Source of the DNA: Octopus bimaculoides
Lineage: Eukaryota
Length of the DNA stretch: 64,000 bases
Direction of reading: 5' to 3'
Assembly: GCF_001194135.2 (NCBI RefSeq)
Contig: NC_068990.1
Location: forward strand, 4,359,314 to 4,423,313
Below, in pieces: positions 25,299 to 38,912 of the stretch; the first letter of the stretch is position 1, and each line of letters starts with the position of its first letter. Below the pieces are notes generated by a model that was not told the DNA's origin, made no database searches, and worked only from the letters and a program-made list of their open reading frames with translations. The position numbers and the translations under genes were made by a program.

Positions 25299-27062
25299 CA
25301 CTCATGCACACACATAAACACACACTCACACACATACAAACATACACACACACATGTACACAAATAGATAAGTAGCAGCATAGTTCAAAATGTGTGTGTG
25401 TGTGTTTGTGTGCACACATGCAAGCATGCATGTGTGCATATAAATATTTATAAAGTTCCTCTTGGTTTCTTCCAGCACTTCAAAACCTTTTACCATTTTA
25501 AGACTGCTGCGCTATTTTCATGAATAATGTGAAGATTATATAGTGTTGAATATAATATATACTGAATTAATATATTTCCTGACATAAAAGTGAAGTTGAG
25601 AAAGGATGTGATGCTGTGATGATCTTCCATTATATAAGCCTTTGGAATTATAAACTGGACGATCATCGCAATCGCACTAACTTTTAGGAAAGGAAAAGGC
25701 ATGGTTCCAAATAAGAATCATAAATTTTATTACAGACAAACACGAATCATAAATTGTGTTATAGAGTCAGCTAACTGGTGGCTTATTCCTGCTGTAAGTC
25801 ACATATAACTAGCTATTAAATAAGTTGTGATGTATTTTGTGATATAATACTTCAGTTTGTGTAGCTTTCATGTTGGAGGTACTGGATGATCTGGGAATAT
25901 TCCTGGTTTGAGATCTGATAACCTATCCAGGTGTAAATTTATTTCCCATCTACTTAACATCAAAAATCTAGAGATACTTTCTGGCCCTATAATTCCCTAG
26001 AGCTTGTCGAATATTCACATTACAATGATTGACTACAAATGATTTCTGAGGGGAAATCTATTATCATTTTTGAATAGCTTATTCAAAGAAGAAGGACAAT
26101 AGAGAAGATCCTTCAGAGAGTATCTAAGACAGATGAGAAAAGGAGGAGGTTATTCTTAGATCAGAGAAATTCCATCTTCTAAAAGTTACTCAAGGGACTT
26201 GTGAGGATGTTAAACTGAGCATCAGACTCAGTCTACCATCTCCGAAATGGTAACACTCTCCCTGATAGGCTTCTACAGTTTCACAGCTAAATTTCAATTA
26301 CAAAGCTTTCATTGAGCCAATGTTAGGATAAGGAACTGCACAATGAGATTGAGCCTCAAACAAAGCAGTTTTGAAGCAAACTTCTTAATCACAAAGCCAT
26401 GACAATATTAAACATACTTTTGCATGCTGATGACCTTGTTTTCAGTCCTCAAAATAAACCTATCAAAGACAACAGCTTTTGTTTGCAGGAAAGAAGACAC
26501 AACTCTGCAGTTGTTAGGGATGTGGCCACATTCAACATGCACAGAAGGACATATATGAATCCTGGAAGGATGAATGACAATGTTGATGTTGGCAGGATTT
26601 GAATTTCAAATGCAAAGAGCCAGAATAAATGTTACAATGCATTTGGTTCAATATTCTAATGACCCTGATAAATTCTCACCTATAGAAAACTAGAAGATAA
26701 ACTTGAGTATCAGAGGAAAGTGGTTATGTATAAAAACATCGACAATGGTTGAATGAGACAACAATGAGAAGAATTTGTGATAACGGGAAATTTCTGGTCC
26801 TCTGTAAGAGACTGGATTATATGAGGTAATTGTTTGGCTCCGGCAGTGTTCTGTATCTAGAAAATTTGCAACAAATTTCGAATGCTAAACTAAACTTAAA
26901 ATTTTAATAATTTATACACAGGGCAGAGTCTTTCATTTCATCATGTTCTCTATGTATTCTGGAATTTTAGTGGTGGTTTAAGAGAAACGAAACTGCTAAT
27001 TATGTAAACGTATGAGATTCACCACTTGCGAGAAAGAGACTCGTATTCTCATTTCCAAATTT

Positions 27063-27290
27063 CAGGTTAGATGTTGTTGTTGTTGTTGTTGTTTAACCCT
27101 AAGTCAGACTTATAATTAAAGGTGTTCCAGCAAGGATTTTCTACTCTTTCTATATTGGATAGAGCATCTAGGAATATATCATCTAACGTGCCCTTCCCTT
27201 TTTTTAAGTAAGTATTGTATGATCTTGAGAAAATTCAGCTGCTGTTTCAAGCAGGCTGAGTAGTTATGTTGAGGCTTTGTTGATAGCATG
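27063..27290 (+). mobile_element. Unclassified dispersed repeat family (gttgttgtttaaccc...gctgctgtttcaagcagg)
   Basis: Related diverged segments in both orientations at about 5040-5280, 5780-5960, 17335-17500, 28980-29200, 36250-36400 and 36670-36850. Confidence 0.55.
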
Positions 27291-27340
27291 TCAATAGCAA
27301 AAGAGGAATTGGTTAAACATTTTGAAGAGAACAAATTCAG

Positions 27341-27420
27341 ATTCTAAAATATAATGCTTGTGATGCATTCTAAAATATAATGCTGGTGATGCATTCTAAA
27401 ATATAATGCTGGTGATGCAT
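27341..27420. repeat. 26-bp minisatellite, 3 copies
   Basis: attctaaaatataatgct(t/g)gtgatgc at 27341, 27367 and 27393. Confidence 0.95.
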
Positions 27421-27679
27421 CTGCACTGATCAGGTTTGTAGGTATTGGGAGAAAAAAGATTTCATAAATATTGCAGCTACAGTAGTGAATCTAGGATGAA
27501 GTAATTAACAGCAACAACCATACAGGTAATATATTATGGGTGGTTTTGGTAACTATCAGATAAAACTTTCAGAATATATATATTCACTTTGGCGATTAAG
27601 TATCTAGTGAGCTTATCCTTTATGTGTGTGTGTGTCTGTCTGTATGTGTGTGTTGCCTTCTATATGGGAAATAGATACC

Positions 27680-27940
27680 ATATCTTACAATAGAATGCTA
27701 GGAAGCAAAAATATGGCTGAGTTGTTAAAAGTATCAGATAGAATGATGCCTTGCCATATTTGTCCTGGCTTTCTGCAATCTGAATTCAAATCTTTGAGCT
27801 CAACTTTGCCTTTTGTTCTTTTGTGAGTGATAAAATAAAGTTCAGGGCAGTGACTCGGCAAAATTGTTAAGAACACTGAAGAAAATGCCTTGCTGTATCT
27901 CTTCCGTTTCTATATATCCAAGTTTAACTTCCATCCAAGG
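27680..27940 (+). mobile_element. tRNA-derived SINE remnants (gagttcaaat...tttgcctttcatcc...gataaaataagtacc family)
   Basis: The shared core is also at about 13950-14100, 14540-14720, 20400-20520 and 42410-42640. Confidence 0.6.
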
Positions 27941-29739
27941 AGTCAGATTCCAGCAATGGCCTGGATTTGACCATGCTACTGCAATTGATTATGAAGGTTG
28001 AAATAGGTAGAGCAATATTGTGACCACAGGCTACAGTAATAAAACTGTGACGATGATTCTAAAAGGAATTTAATATCTAAGAATAATGAAGTTTTAAGTG
28101 AAATGTCAATAAATAAATCCCATTGTCTTCATAAAATATGAAACCAAATAGATTAATGAATGAACATTTAAAGCAATGAATATTGCTTCTTTGTTACAAT
28201 TTGAATAACATAAATGCGTGGGTTTATGTAATGTCAAGAAATTCTATATTTTTGAAATTGGTTATAAACTTTATGAATTTGTAATGTAAAAAGAAAACCA
28301 AAATAACTGAGGTTTTGGCATGATGTTTTAAATTTCCTTATTCTTCCACAATTTAGAAACAATGCACAGCTAAAAGCCATCATACTTCATAGAATGCAAG
28401 ATCTAGTTATTTGATATCCTTACATGATGGTGATTTGCAACTCATCTAATTAGGACTACACTAAAAACAGCCAGTTGCTGATCATAACTAGAAAATATAT
28501 CCCATTTCTGAATAACAGCTATCCCCATACAAATTACTTTAACCCAAAGGTAGGGAACTCTTTATGTTGTAAAGCCACATTAATGAAGTTAACTATTAAC
28601 AAATAAGGTCACATTTCACAAAATAATTTGTGCTATTTAACATATATAAAATACAGTCATTCAGGAAAATTGTTACAAAATGTAAAACAGGCAGATTCAG
28701 AATTAGTTCTCTTATCATAACTTAATTTTAATTTTGTTTTTGAAAAATTCTTCAGATTTCTATATTTTCAAGATATCCCCAGCATGGCCAAAGCCTAATG
28801 ACTGAAACAAGTAAAAGAAGTGTTCCTTAAAATTTGTCACTGAAAAAATATGCCTTAAATAAAATAAAATCAGCAAAAATATATTCCAATATAAGGATTT
28901 CCTCCCAAACAGTGCACCTCTATCAGAAAGCTGCAAATAACCCAGCTCTGCTCTAACCTTTTACTAAAGCAGATGAGTCAAATAGGAGGCCCTTTATGTG
29001 GTTGCTTAACCTGCTAAAAATAGCAGCCAAGTCTCTTTGAAACCACGACTCACCATCTTAAACCCCCACACACACACATACACAAAACAATGGATAATGT
29101 AATTCTAGGTAGACAACATCTGAAAAACAAACATGGCATGGCTGGAATGGCTTTTGGCCACAGATAAGTTTAACCAGGGAAGCCTTGGGGCTAAACAACA
29201 ATACAACTATGCCATACACTTGTTTTGCTTCCTAAATATTTGCTTTGTTGATAATTCATTTATTCACCGAGTTGCTTAATAACTTTATCTCTTCACTTAC
29301 TACTGCAATAATCCCTGCTCCTATAAACTTGCATACTCTATGTATACCAATCTCACATAATTCCACTTGTTTTGCTTATTCTCTCAGCAGTCATCATTCC
29401 ATTGTTTCTCATTCACTCACACTCCATTGTAAACACTTTCCAATCCTTTTAGATTGAACATTAAGTATATTAATCTTATCTAGTTGGCTTTATTTCTCAG
29501 TAGAAAATAACTTGAAAATAATAAAAAGAAAAACACAGGCTGTTAGTCTCCTTCATACAAGCTAAAGGAAAGACATCTCATAAATTTCCTTAATGCAATT
29601 TGATAATAATATTAGTCTCCTTTGGCAAGGCAGAAGGTTAAGAGAAATGACTGTGACATGAAATTGTAACACTTTTCACATCAAATCACACATTGTGTGT
29701 ATGCAAGTATATATCTGTCAGTCTCTCACTCACTCACAC

Positions 29740-29742
29740 TGG

Positions 29743-29775
<33 letters not shown>

Positions 29776-29822
29776 TATCTCTCTCTCTCTCACTCTCTAT
29801 CTCTCTCTCTCTCTCTCTCTCA

Positions 29823-29916
<94 letters not shown>
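29740..29916. repeat. Compound (CT)n-(TA)n microsatellite
   Basis: Direct reading. Confidence 0.95.
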
Positions 29917-29918
<2 letters not shown>

Positions 29919-30064
29919 TTTTGATATAGGATATAATTATCTTACTACACGTAGAACTTACCAATATGAAGTTTAAGAATAATCCTCTAGAGAGGATACA
30001 ATAAACACAGCTAATAATTGTAACGAATCTTTAGTTATAATTTTGTTTACTGCATTATCATTAA

Positions 30065-30285
30065 ACCGTTAGCATTTAAATTGGCAATATCTGGCAAAAT
30101 ATTCTACCTGTTTTATCTTTAAACCAGTCAGATCTGGCCTGTCACACTTAACCCTACAATGCCATTTTTAAAAATAAACCATCACGTCATTGAAATATCA
30201 AAGCTGTGAGATAGTACAGGATCAATTCAAAGCAACACAAATAAATAAGCATTACATTTGACACAGTTATCTGAATGCTAAAGGG
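30065..30285 (-). mobile_element. piggyBac-type MITE
   Basis: TTAA|accgttagcatt ... aatgctaaaggg|TTAA; the internal sequence is the reverse complement of 12637-12856. Confidence 0.8.
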
Positions 30286-30454
30286 TTAAAGTCTCTATTT
30301 TTAAAATTAAATTAATAAACTAATTTAGTTAAATTACTTTGTGCTCTTTGATGACAAAAGCTTTGTATTTAGATGATATAAGATGTGTGATGAGAAGTAT
30401 ATGTGTATCTGTTATTTATTTTCTGATCCTTAATTAGCTAAAATTTAATTTAAT

Positions 30455-30726
30455 TTAGCTTCCATATTAGGAATTTCTTCTCTAAATCTTTGTCATAATC
30501 AGCTGAGAATGAGGTTTATTTGCTTAGGGGATTTTAAATCCTCTGTTATAATCTAGACAAGCATAATGAGTAGGAGGGAATTGAGATCCAAACTCTGACT
30601 GACACCTACCTACTTCCATGTTAAATTCCTTGCTGAACTCATTTGCCAACTCCCACCTTGTCGATGGCATCACTGTACATGACTGGCAAGGCTCTTCACC
30701 TATATTCACTTACATTTAACTTTCTT
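30455..30726. repeat. Local duplicated block, copy 1
   Basis: Colinear with 31516-31806 apart from a replaced or deleted segment of about 17 bp and a 2-bp indel. Confidence 0.9.
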
Positions 30727-31515
30727 TTTTAATAACTCCAGAAAAACAGAATTCTGTGTCCATATTTTCAAGATTTCTACATCCAAACACTGTTATCTTC
30801 ATGTTGTCCTTTCAATCATGAGCTGACCTCCACAAACTTGTGGCCATAATTCTTCTTGCCTTAAAATTGGCTCATGAAATATTCAATACCTTGCATATAA
30901 AGGCATAATTAGTTATAATTAACGATAATATATAAATAGTTACATTGTTTTATACATTTGAGATTTATCAATTGCTATCCCCACTTTTCACATAGACATT
31001 GTTATATGTTTAATTTGTTCAGAAATTTATATCAAGTCCTTTAATGATAAATGTCTTTGTTTCTGATGAATCAAAATTTATAGCGTGAAGTACATGTATG
31101 CCCACTTGTCACTACTGCAGCTGCTACTACTGCCACTACCACCACCACCACAATCATCATCATCCTCATTATCATCAGCCACAGCAACATTCACATCTTT
31201 TTCCATGCTTGCATGGACTGGGCAGGTTTTCAAGAACTGAGTTTGCTATGGACAATCAATATTTCCTTTGTGAGGTTCAGTATCCTGAGAGTAAGCTCTT
31301 CTTCATAACATTGCTTCTGCTTGCACCGCTTGGTACTTATTTTACCCAAATGTAATACACCATACACTTCATATATCTATACCAGTGCAATTTCCTGTTT
31401 TGCATTCTTTACCTAATTCTTCATATATGTAGCTTTGCTCTCAGTTAAATTGCCACTTAAACATACTAAATGTTACACATCCAGTGGTGCTTGTTTGTCG
31501 AATTTCTTTCTATGC

Positions 31516-31806
31516 TTAGCTTCCATATTAGGAATTTCTTCTCTACATCTTTGTCATAATCAGCTATGAGAATGAGGTTTATTTGCTTACAGGATTTACC
31601 GCTGTGAGTTAGGCTTAAAGTCCTGTTATAATCTAGACAAGCATAATGAACAATGGGGAACTGAGATCCAACCTCTGACTGGTTCCTACCTACTTCCATG
31701 TTAAATTCCTTGCAGAACTCATTTGCCAACTCCCACCTTGTAGACAGCATCACTGTACATGACTGGCAAGGCTCCTCCGCTACATTCACTTACATCTAAC
31801 TTTCTT
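31516..31806. repeat. Local duplicated block, copy 2 (spanned by the 107-aa minus-strand ORF)
   Basis: See copy 1. The ORF is 31466-31789. Confidence 0.9.
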
Positions 31807-33639
31807 AAAGACCAAACAAAAAAAAAAATCAGAATACAGAGTATTAACCAGTCAATGGCTTTCTCTAGATTCAAAAAGAGGATAACAAATTGAAAAATTT
31901 CAAATTTTGCAATTTGTCTCATGGGAAACATAGAAAATGACCAATTTTCACTTCTGTGGCTGGAATTAGCATATAGATGTACTTAGAATATGAACTAGAT
32001 TTACTTTCATATTCTTATGAGAAAGAAAAATAAATGTTAGTTGAAAGAATCAAGTAAAAAAAAAAAAACCAAAATAATAATCAAATGTTTTTGGAAAGAA
32101 TCTAGATATGAACACACATGTGCACACACACTGACACATAATTTTACACACACGGGATCAAGATTATTAACAGACATTAGCCTAGATATGGACACTAATG
32201 GGAAGCTTGAGTTTTATAGGACAGACACTAGTACACTTATGTTCAGGATATGCATTTGACAGCAGAGAGGAGTGATCACTTGTTGGCTGTCACTTAGCTT
32301 TCAGTTTTGATTGATTCAAATAACTAAGTAAATTTTAAGTACATTTTCTATACCTTTTCACTAACACACAACATAACAAGAAGTAAATATTTTCTGGTTG
32401 GCAGTATGTGTGCTATTATTATTTATACTTTCTTTAAAATTTCTTGTCAAAAATAGATTTTATAGATAAAATGAAATGCAATAAACGATTGGCATGGAAT
32501 ACATACATACATATATATAAGAAATAAATGAAGCTGAAAATGCACAGAGAATATAAGAAGATTTATTTAAATTTACAGAGAGAGAGAGAGAGAGAGGGGG
32601 GGGAGAGAGAGAGAGAGAAAGAGAGAATTACATATGAATCCCCTATCCATTTTAACTTGGGTCTAAGATATGATATTTTACTAGCCTAAGAAATCACTAT
32701 ACACTTTGAATACCTGATAAATTTTTAGCCTATTTTGGTTAGCAAATATTACCAGATTACAAGATTTAACATAAAGATTGAGACAGGTTGAATATATCAA
32801 TATGTAGCAAATATAATGATGATGTGTTTTAAAAATAGCAAGGAAATTCACTAAATTTACACACAAGCTGGATATTCATGATCGTTATGAACTTTCTTTT
32901 TCAGCTATTGATTCCACTATCAATAGTATAGTATAAACCTATAATCTCTTAAAAGCTCTCAACAGGATATTTGCTTCAGATCTAAATATATATTTTATAT
33001 AGGACAGTGTCATAGACGAAATTGCTCACATTTCAAGAATAAGTTTTCATACAGTTACAAACTGTACTAATTTAGTGTAATTATAGCAAAAATGTGATAC
33101 CATAGTCTCAACTACTTATCCAGCTATATAAGATAAATATATAAATAAACAATATGACAGTATTACTATATTTCTTATTCTTAGAATTTCATGCAGTGAA
33201 GCTAATTTCATTTCATATATATATTGCCAATGGACTGAAACTAATTTCACTTCATATACATAAACTATAGATAAAGGAACATTTGTTAAATAACAAACAT
33301 GATAAGGAGACAGGAAAACATGACAGTCTTCTTAAAGGAGATTGAATTATTTATGAAACAATTCTTGAGAAAATTGAACAAATCCGTGCCAAACTTTTTC
33401 TCACCTTCTATTTTGATTATGTTTCATCTGAGAAGTACCTGGAATGGTTAATATTATTGATGAGATGCTGAAATTTAGGTGAGAGTGACTAAAAGAGAAA
33501 TGTTATAGTTGAAAAATAACAGAGGAATCTGGAGATTATTAAATGTCTAACGGAATTCTTCACAATGCAGTCTTTGATGTAAGATTGTGTGTTTTAAACA
33601 GCTTATTTTTGATGAACACAGCAACCACTAGTATAATAT

Positions 33640-33917
33640 TTTGCACCAGATAACCAGGGAAGAAATGCTCCCGACTTAACATTCTGAGCTCAAATGCTAT
33701 TGGGATCGACTTTGCCTTTCATCTTTTTGGGATCAATAAAATGAGTACCAGTTGTGTACTGAGGTTGATCTAATCGACTGGCCCCCTCCCCAAAATTTTG
33801 GGCCTTGTGCCTAGAGTAGAAAACAATGAAATAAGTACCAGTTAAACACTGGGTCAATGTAATCAACTAAACACTTCTCTCAAAATTTCAGGCCTTGTGC
33901 CTATAATAGAAAGCATT

Positions 33918-33952
<35 letters not shown>

Positions 33953-34140
33953 TAGAGTTTTAAGGTGAGCTGGCAATATTAGAATGCTGGGAAAAAATGC
34001 TTTATAGTATTTCTGGCCTTTTACACTCTCTGCTCAGATTCCATAAAGGTTAACTTTGACTTTCTTCTTTTGGGATCTGAAAAACAAAGTACCAGTCACG
34101 TGTTGTGGTGAACAATATCAACTAACTCCTTCCCCTCAAA
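33640..34140 (+). mobile_element. Cluster of tRNA-derived SINE copies separated by (ATT)n
   Basis: ctgagctcaaat...gactttgcctttcatctttttgggatcaataaaatgagtaccag...caaaattttgggccttgtgcct, repeated. Confidence 0.75.
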
Positions 34141-34164
34141 TTATTATTATTATTACTCTTATAA

Positions 34165-34198
<34 letters not shown>

Positions 34199-34269
34199 CA
34201 TTATTATTATTTAGTCAGAGTAGAAGGGTGGTAATAGAATAAATAACTTAGCAGTTCTTCTCTGATGTT

Positions 34270-34790
34270 CATCCTGGTGTAAGTAAAGAGAAAATATAGG
34301 TTGGAATGGAGTTCCAGAGAAATGCATTTTTAAGTAGAAAAGGCATAGCAAAGAGTTTAGTGCAGCAGTTTTAGGATGAGACATATTAAAAAGACAAGTG
34401 TACTGGGTAGGATAGAGACAGTATGCAGCATCTTTGTTTAAGGGAAAGAAGCTATAATAATTACTGTGGAAAAGATATATTCAGCAGAAACAGCATATCT
34501 AGAGATAAGCAGATTTAGTGTTTTGGTGACTGAATGTTTGGAAATGAGCTAGAAGGCCTTTTTATTGTATAAAATGTGGTTTATGATGTTTATGTATAAA
34601 ATAGAAATACTATCACAAATATGTGAACTGCTCTTGTGATTGCTAGAGAGTCAGTAATTACTCAAGGCCTAAATAGTGCTTGCTCTGAATAGGAAACTAA
34701 TCCTTTGGAATTTAGTTTTGGCATTGTTAGATACCAAAACCTGCTTAGCTGTCTTGGATTGCTTTACATGGCTGCTACATGGCCAAGAGC
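34270..34790 (-). mobile_element. Degraded CR1/L2-type LINE 3' end
   Basis: The minus strand retains the remnant AFLWNSIPTYIF of the LWNxLP motif. Confidence 0.45.
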
Positions 34791-35039
34791 TGAAAATAAA
34801 CTGAACAGTTTGGAAATAACAAGAAAAATCATAACGCTGGTTTAGATTGCATTACAAAAGCAAAGCTTTCCCATTAAAAACCACCAAAATGCAAGTAATG
34901 TAGAGGAACACATTAAGTAACTATACAATATCTAGAGATTGAGAAGAAACATTAACCACATAATCTCTCGTTGTCCAAGTTCAGTCAAGGGAGAATATAT
35001 CTGTAGGAGGACAAAGTTGGAGCTTATATATAATGGAAA

Positions 35040-35535
35040 TTCTACTGGTATTGCGAAATAGCAAAAAAGAAAGGGTCCCAGAGAATATCTGGGGTATGCC
35101 AATCCATACTGACAGGGATATCAAAACTAAAAGGTTGAATATTGTAGTTAAGGACCATTGGGAAAGGAAGTTCCAACAGACAATAATGTGTTGCAAAAAG
35201 AAATAGGAAATCATTCAAATATAAATATTTAGAAACAGAAATAACCAAAATTTGAGAATTGAAAACTGAAACATCCCTTACCCTTATAATAACAGGTGGC
35301 CTGAGAATGATTAAAAGATGTACAAATGAATAACCTAAACCCCAGGACTTAAGAACATGCACAGTATACCGAAAACTATATGACTAAACACAGCACACAG
35401 ATGTGAAGTAGTCTCAAGACAAAAGGAAATACAAAAACCAAAGCAAAACACTGTTCACACCAGAGCACTTAGAGTTGTTCTTGGTAGCGTAGTGAAAGCA
35501 CATGATAAAAATACGACAACCAAAAAATAATAATG
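35040..35535 (+). mobile_element. Degraded RLE-type (R4/Dong-like) non-LTR 3' end
   Basis: Remnant WGMPIHTDRDIKTKRLNIVVKDH...KYKYLETEI...IITGGLRMIK. The 3' UTR ends in aaaaataataat. Confidence 0.65.
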
Positions 35536-38500
35536 GTAATTGGTGATTTCCTGTATCAATTATTTCACACTGAAATCCTATACAAGTTTACATTTGAGGG
35601 ACAATCATTCTTAAGTGAAGAAGAATTGACTAATTAAGTGTGAATTGTGATCAATATGGAATAAAATTTTGTTTAGTACTTGTCAACAATTATCCGTATA
35701 AAAAGTAAATCACATCATTTTATGTCTGAACTATATAAAATGTTAAAAGAGAAAAAAAAAAAAAAGAAAAGAAAAAGAAAAAATGAGAATAAGTTCTCAC
35801 TATAGATACAGACATTACACTAAAAGTTATAAAGTTATGAGAAGATAATTTAATTTAATCGATGGATTTACTCAAATTATAGTGTATTATTGTTACAAGC
35901 ACTGTAGAGTAGAAGGTATGTCCAACAACTTGAATCAATGTACCACTTTCCATTCTAGTTATTTTATTTCATTTGTATCACAAATGTGTGTGTGAGTGTA
36001 TACATACAGATATGTATATTAGTATAAATGTTCATAATTTCCATTTCTTGAGTATGAACACAATAGAGGTGTATACATATCAATTAATACCTTTAATATG
36101 AATGATAAATTATTTATCACACTTCTGCATTGATTAATTAAATATTAACACTTTTTATTCTAATAATACAGTTCTATAGGAAATGTTTAATTCATAAAAT
36201 ATTACCATTTACAAAGAGTTAGTAGTAAGATTTTATAATATTGTTTAGCCACGAGTTGGTTTAGATTGAACAAATCTAAGATCAAAGGCATATTAGTCAA
36301 TCATCCTGCCTTTTCTTTAAATATAATGTGTCTAGGGTGACATCATCAAATATATACTTCCTTTCCAAATTAGTAGTATGTGATTTGGGAGGAGATTTGG
36401 CTCAATTTTGTAATGTAGTTCTGTTTAATAGAAAAATAAAGGTCTGTTTACTTTGTAAGCATTTGTGTAACATGATAACATGGTATAATTTCAGACATTA
36501 AAAAGAAATGAAGAAAAATATTGAGAAGGGAGTTGAAGAGAAACTAAAGATAGAAGATGGTTATGGCTTTTGAAATCCCTATCTCTTGAAACTACCTATC
36601 TTGGAGAAATATCCCCAAATATGGCAAATAGAAGAAACATAAGTAGAAACTAAGTTTTCTACCATTCACTGGAAGTCTCTATGTGGTTGTTTAGCTTGGT
36701 AAATGTAGCAGCCAAATATTCTTCACATCACAGCCTTCCTTGGGAAAACAGAGATGCATCAGATAAAATAGTTTGGGGAAGAAGATAAGATTATTACATT
36801 TAGAAAGAAACCTTCAGTTGTTCAGGGTCAGCCTGAGGCTAAACAAGAGAACAAAAACATCAAAGCTTAAAGATACTACAAATTTCTCTCTCTTTTTCTC
36901 ATAGAATTGCTATAGCTACTGCTGAATTATCTGTTACAAGTGGGTCTATAACAGTAAATGGGTGTTATTGAAATTGTACAAAACAGAAAGACAATAAAAG
37001 CAAGGGCTAGGGTGGAATTTTCCCATTTTATTTTTCAATACAGTTTACATAAATTTCTGTTTCCAGAGAGTGGGGTTGGATTCAAGCAGTTATTTTTATA
37101 GCTAGATGCTACTCCTATTGAAAACGACTCAAGCATGAATCAAGTATGGATTCTGAAGTAAGCATAGTTAAGCACCTTACTCATAAGTTGACTTAGGTAA
37201 TATTGAATGATTGTCAATATGTTAGTAGTTCACCACATTAACCTTACTGCAATTATACCTCTCATGCTTTTCACAAAAATCTATTTTATGCTACAAAAAT
37301 GATTTAAATCTGGAAAAAAAGAAAACAAATGGAATACATTAAAAAAAACATACCGACTATACAGAGTTCATCAACATTGATTTAGTTGAAATATAAATGG
37401 ATTTGTCTTGTAATAACACATGAGTCAAAGAGGTAAACATCCATTTTCAAAAGAGACAGATCCTTCACAAACAGTTAGAGACATTGATTGTATGAAAGAT
37501 TGTGTTGTAGTAATGTTCAAGATGATGTTGAGAAGGAAATAGAAAATAAACCATTAGAGTTCACTTGCATCAAATTACTGGTAACTTTAGAGAAGAGAAA
37601 TTATAGGCTTCGGTTCCTAATGAGAATGTTTTTAGTTTCAAATTCTATTACATTCTTTCAAAATATTGAGAGTTTTTTATAACATTGTTGCTGTGAAATT
37701 GATTATCTCTTAAATAACAATTATGGTTGCCTCATAGAAAACTTTTTAAATTCTGTTGCAGAAAATACTTTAATCTCAGATCATGACTGTCATTTAATTT
37801 GATTCATTTTGTTGATGTTAGTCTCAGAGGTCAGCAAGTTCATGCTAATTATCTGATTACTTTTCAAGCTGAAGTTATAAATTTGGCAAGCAAAGGACTG
37901 TCAATACACAATTTTCCCTGCAACTGGGTAGTTGCCAACATTAGACTGTGTTTATATATGCATCTCTCTGTACCAACTTTAGCTATGACGCCTTCACAAG
38001 AAATAATGTTCACTATGCTTGATAAACCTTTTACTATAATGTTTTCAATTTCCCTTACTACTCTTGTAATAATTCTAAGAACACAAAAAAATAATTCAAA
38101 GATTACAAGAAGCTTTGTACAAAAAATTTATGCTATATTTTTATTTCTGGTCAGCTGGATTTAATTATGTCCTTATATCTTCCTGGTTCAAATCATATTG
38201 TGTCCACCACACCAGGCCCCACAATAATCACTATGCCTAGTCCTTTCTTCTCATAATGTCGGGTTTCTGGAATTCCTTTCCTGTCTATGTTAGATGAGCT
38301 GTGAAACAATAAGTTTTGGGAACCCCTGCTCTAGGAAGTTGATAAAACTCACAATGAGGGAGGGTAATTTCAATGGATTTATAATGTTGTCCAACAAATA
38401 TGTGGCCTTGTATCAATATAATAAATCATTATTGCATCCTTTCAGATCCCTTTGACCTAGTTAATTCTTTTGTCTTTGATCAGCTCTGTGTACTTCGTAT

Positions 38501-38580
38501 ATTTAAAAAAAATTTCTAGTACATCTAACAAGAATCCAGTGATTCAAAGTTAATATATTTTTATAGTTGTTACAAATGAA

Positions 38581-38847
38581 ATTTTCAGGCAACATATATT
38601 CAGCTCCCTGAGGCAAAGTAAATAAATAAATAAATAAATAAATAACTTTATATATATACATATATATAAATTTATTCATTCAGTTATTTTGCCTCCGGTA
38701 GCTTGAATACAGGTAAATATAGGTAGCCTGAAAATCTCATTAGTGACAGCTATGTATAAATATATTTATATCGCTGCCACTAATGAGATTTTTAGGCAAC
38801 ATATTTTGGCTACCAGCAGCAAAATAAATAAATAATTAAATAAATAA

Positions 38848-38848
<1 letters not shown>
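38581..38848. repeat. Foldback array of three alternating-orientation units
   Basis: gcctgaaaatctcattagtgacagc versus the reverse complement of gctgccactaatgagatttttaggc matches at 23/25. A third unit starts attttcaggcaacatat at 38581. Confidence 0.75.

Positions 38849-38912
<64 letters not shown>

Noticed and set aside
26399-26450. LLHADDLVF as a reverse transcriptase gene
   Set aside because: Only about 40 bp resemble the YADD motif before running into SINE sequence. It is a tiny LINE scrap at most.
37799-38164. 121-aa plus-strand ORF
   Set aside because: No recognisable domain and weak splice signals, so length alone is insufficient.
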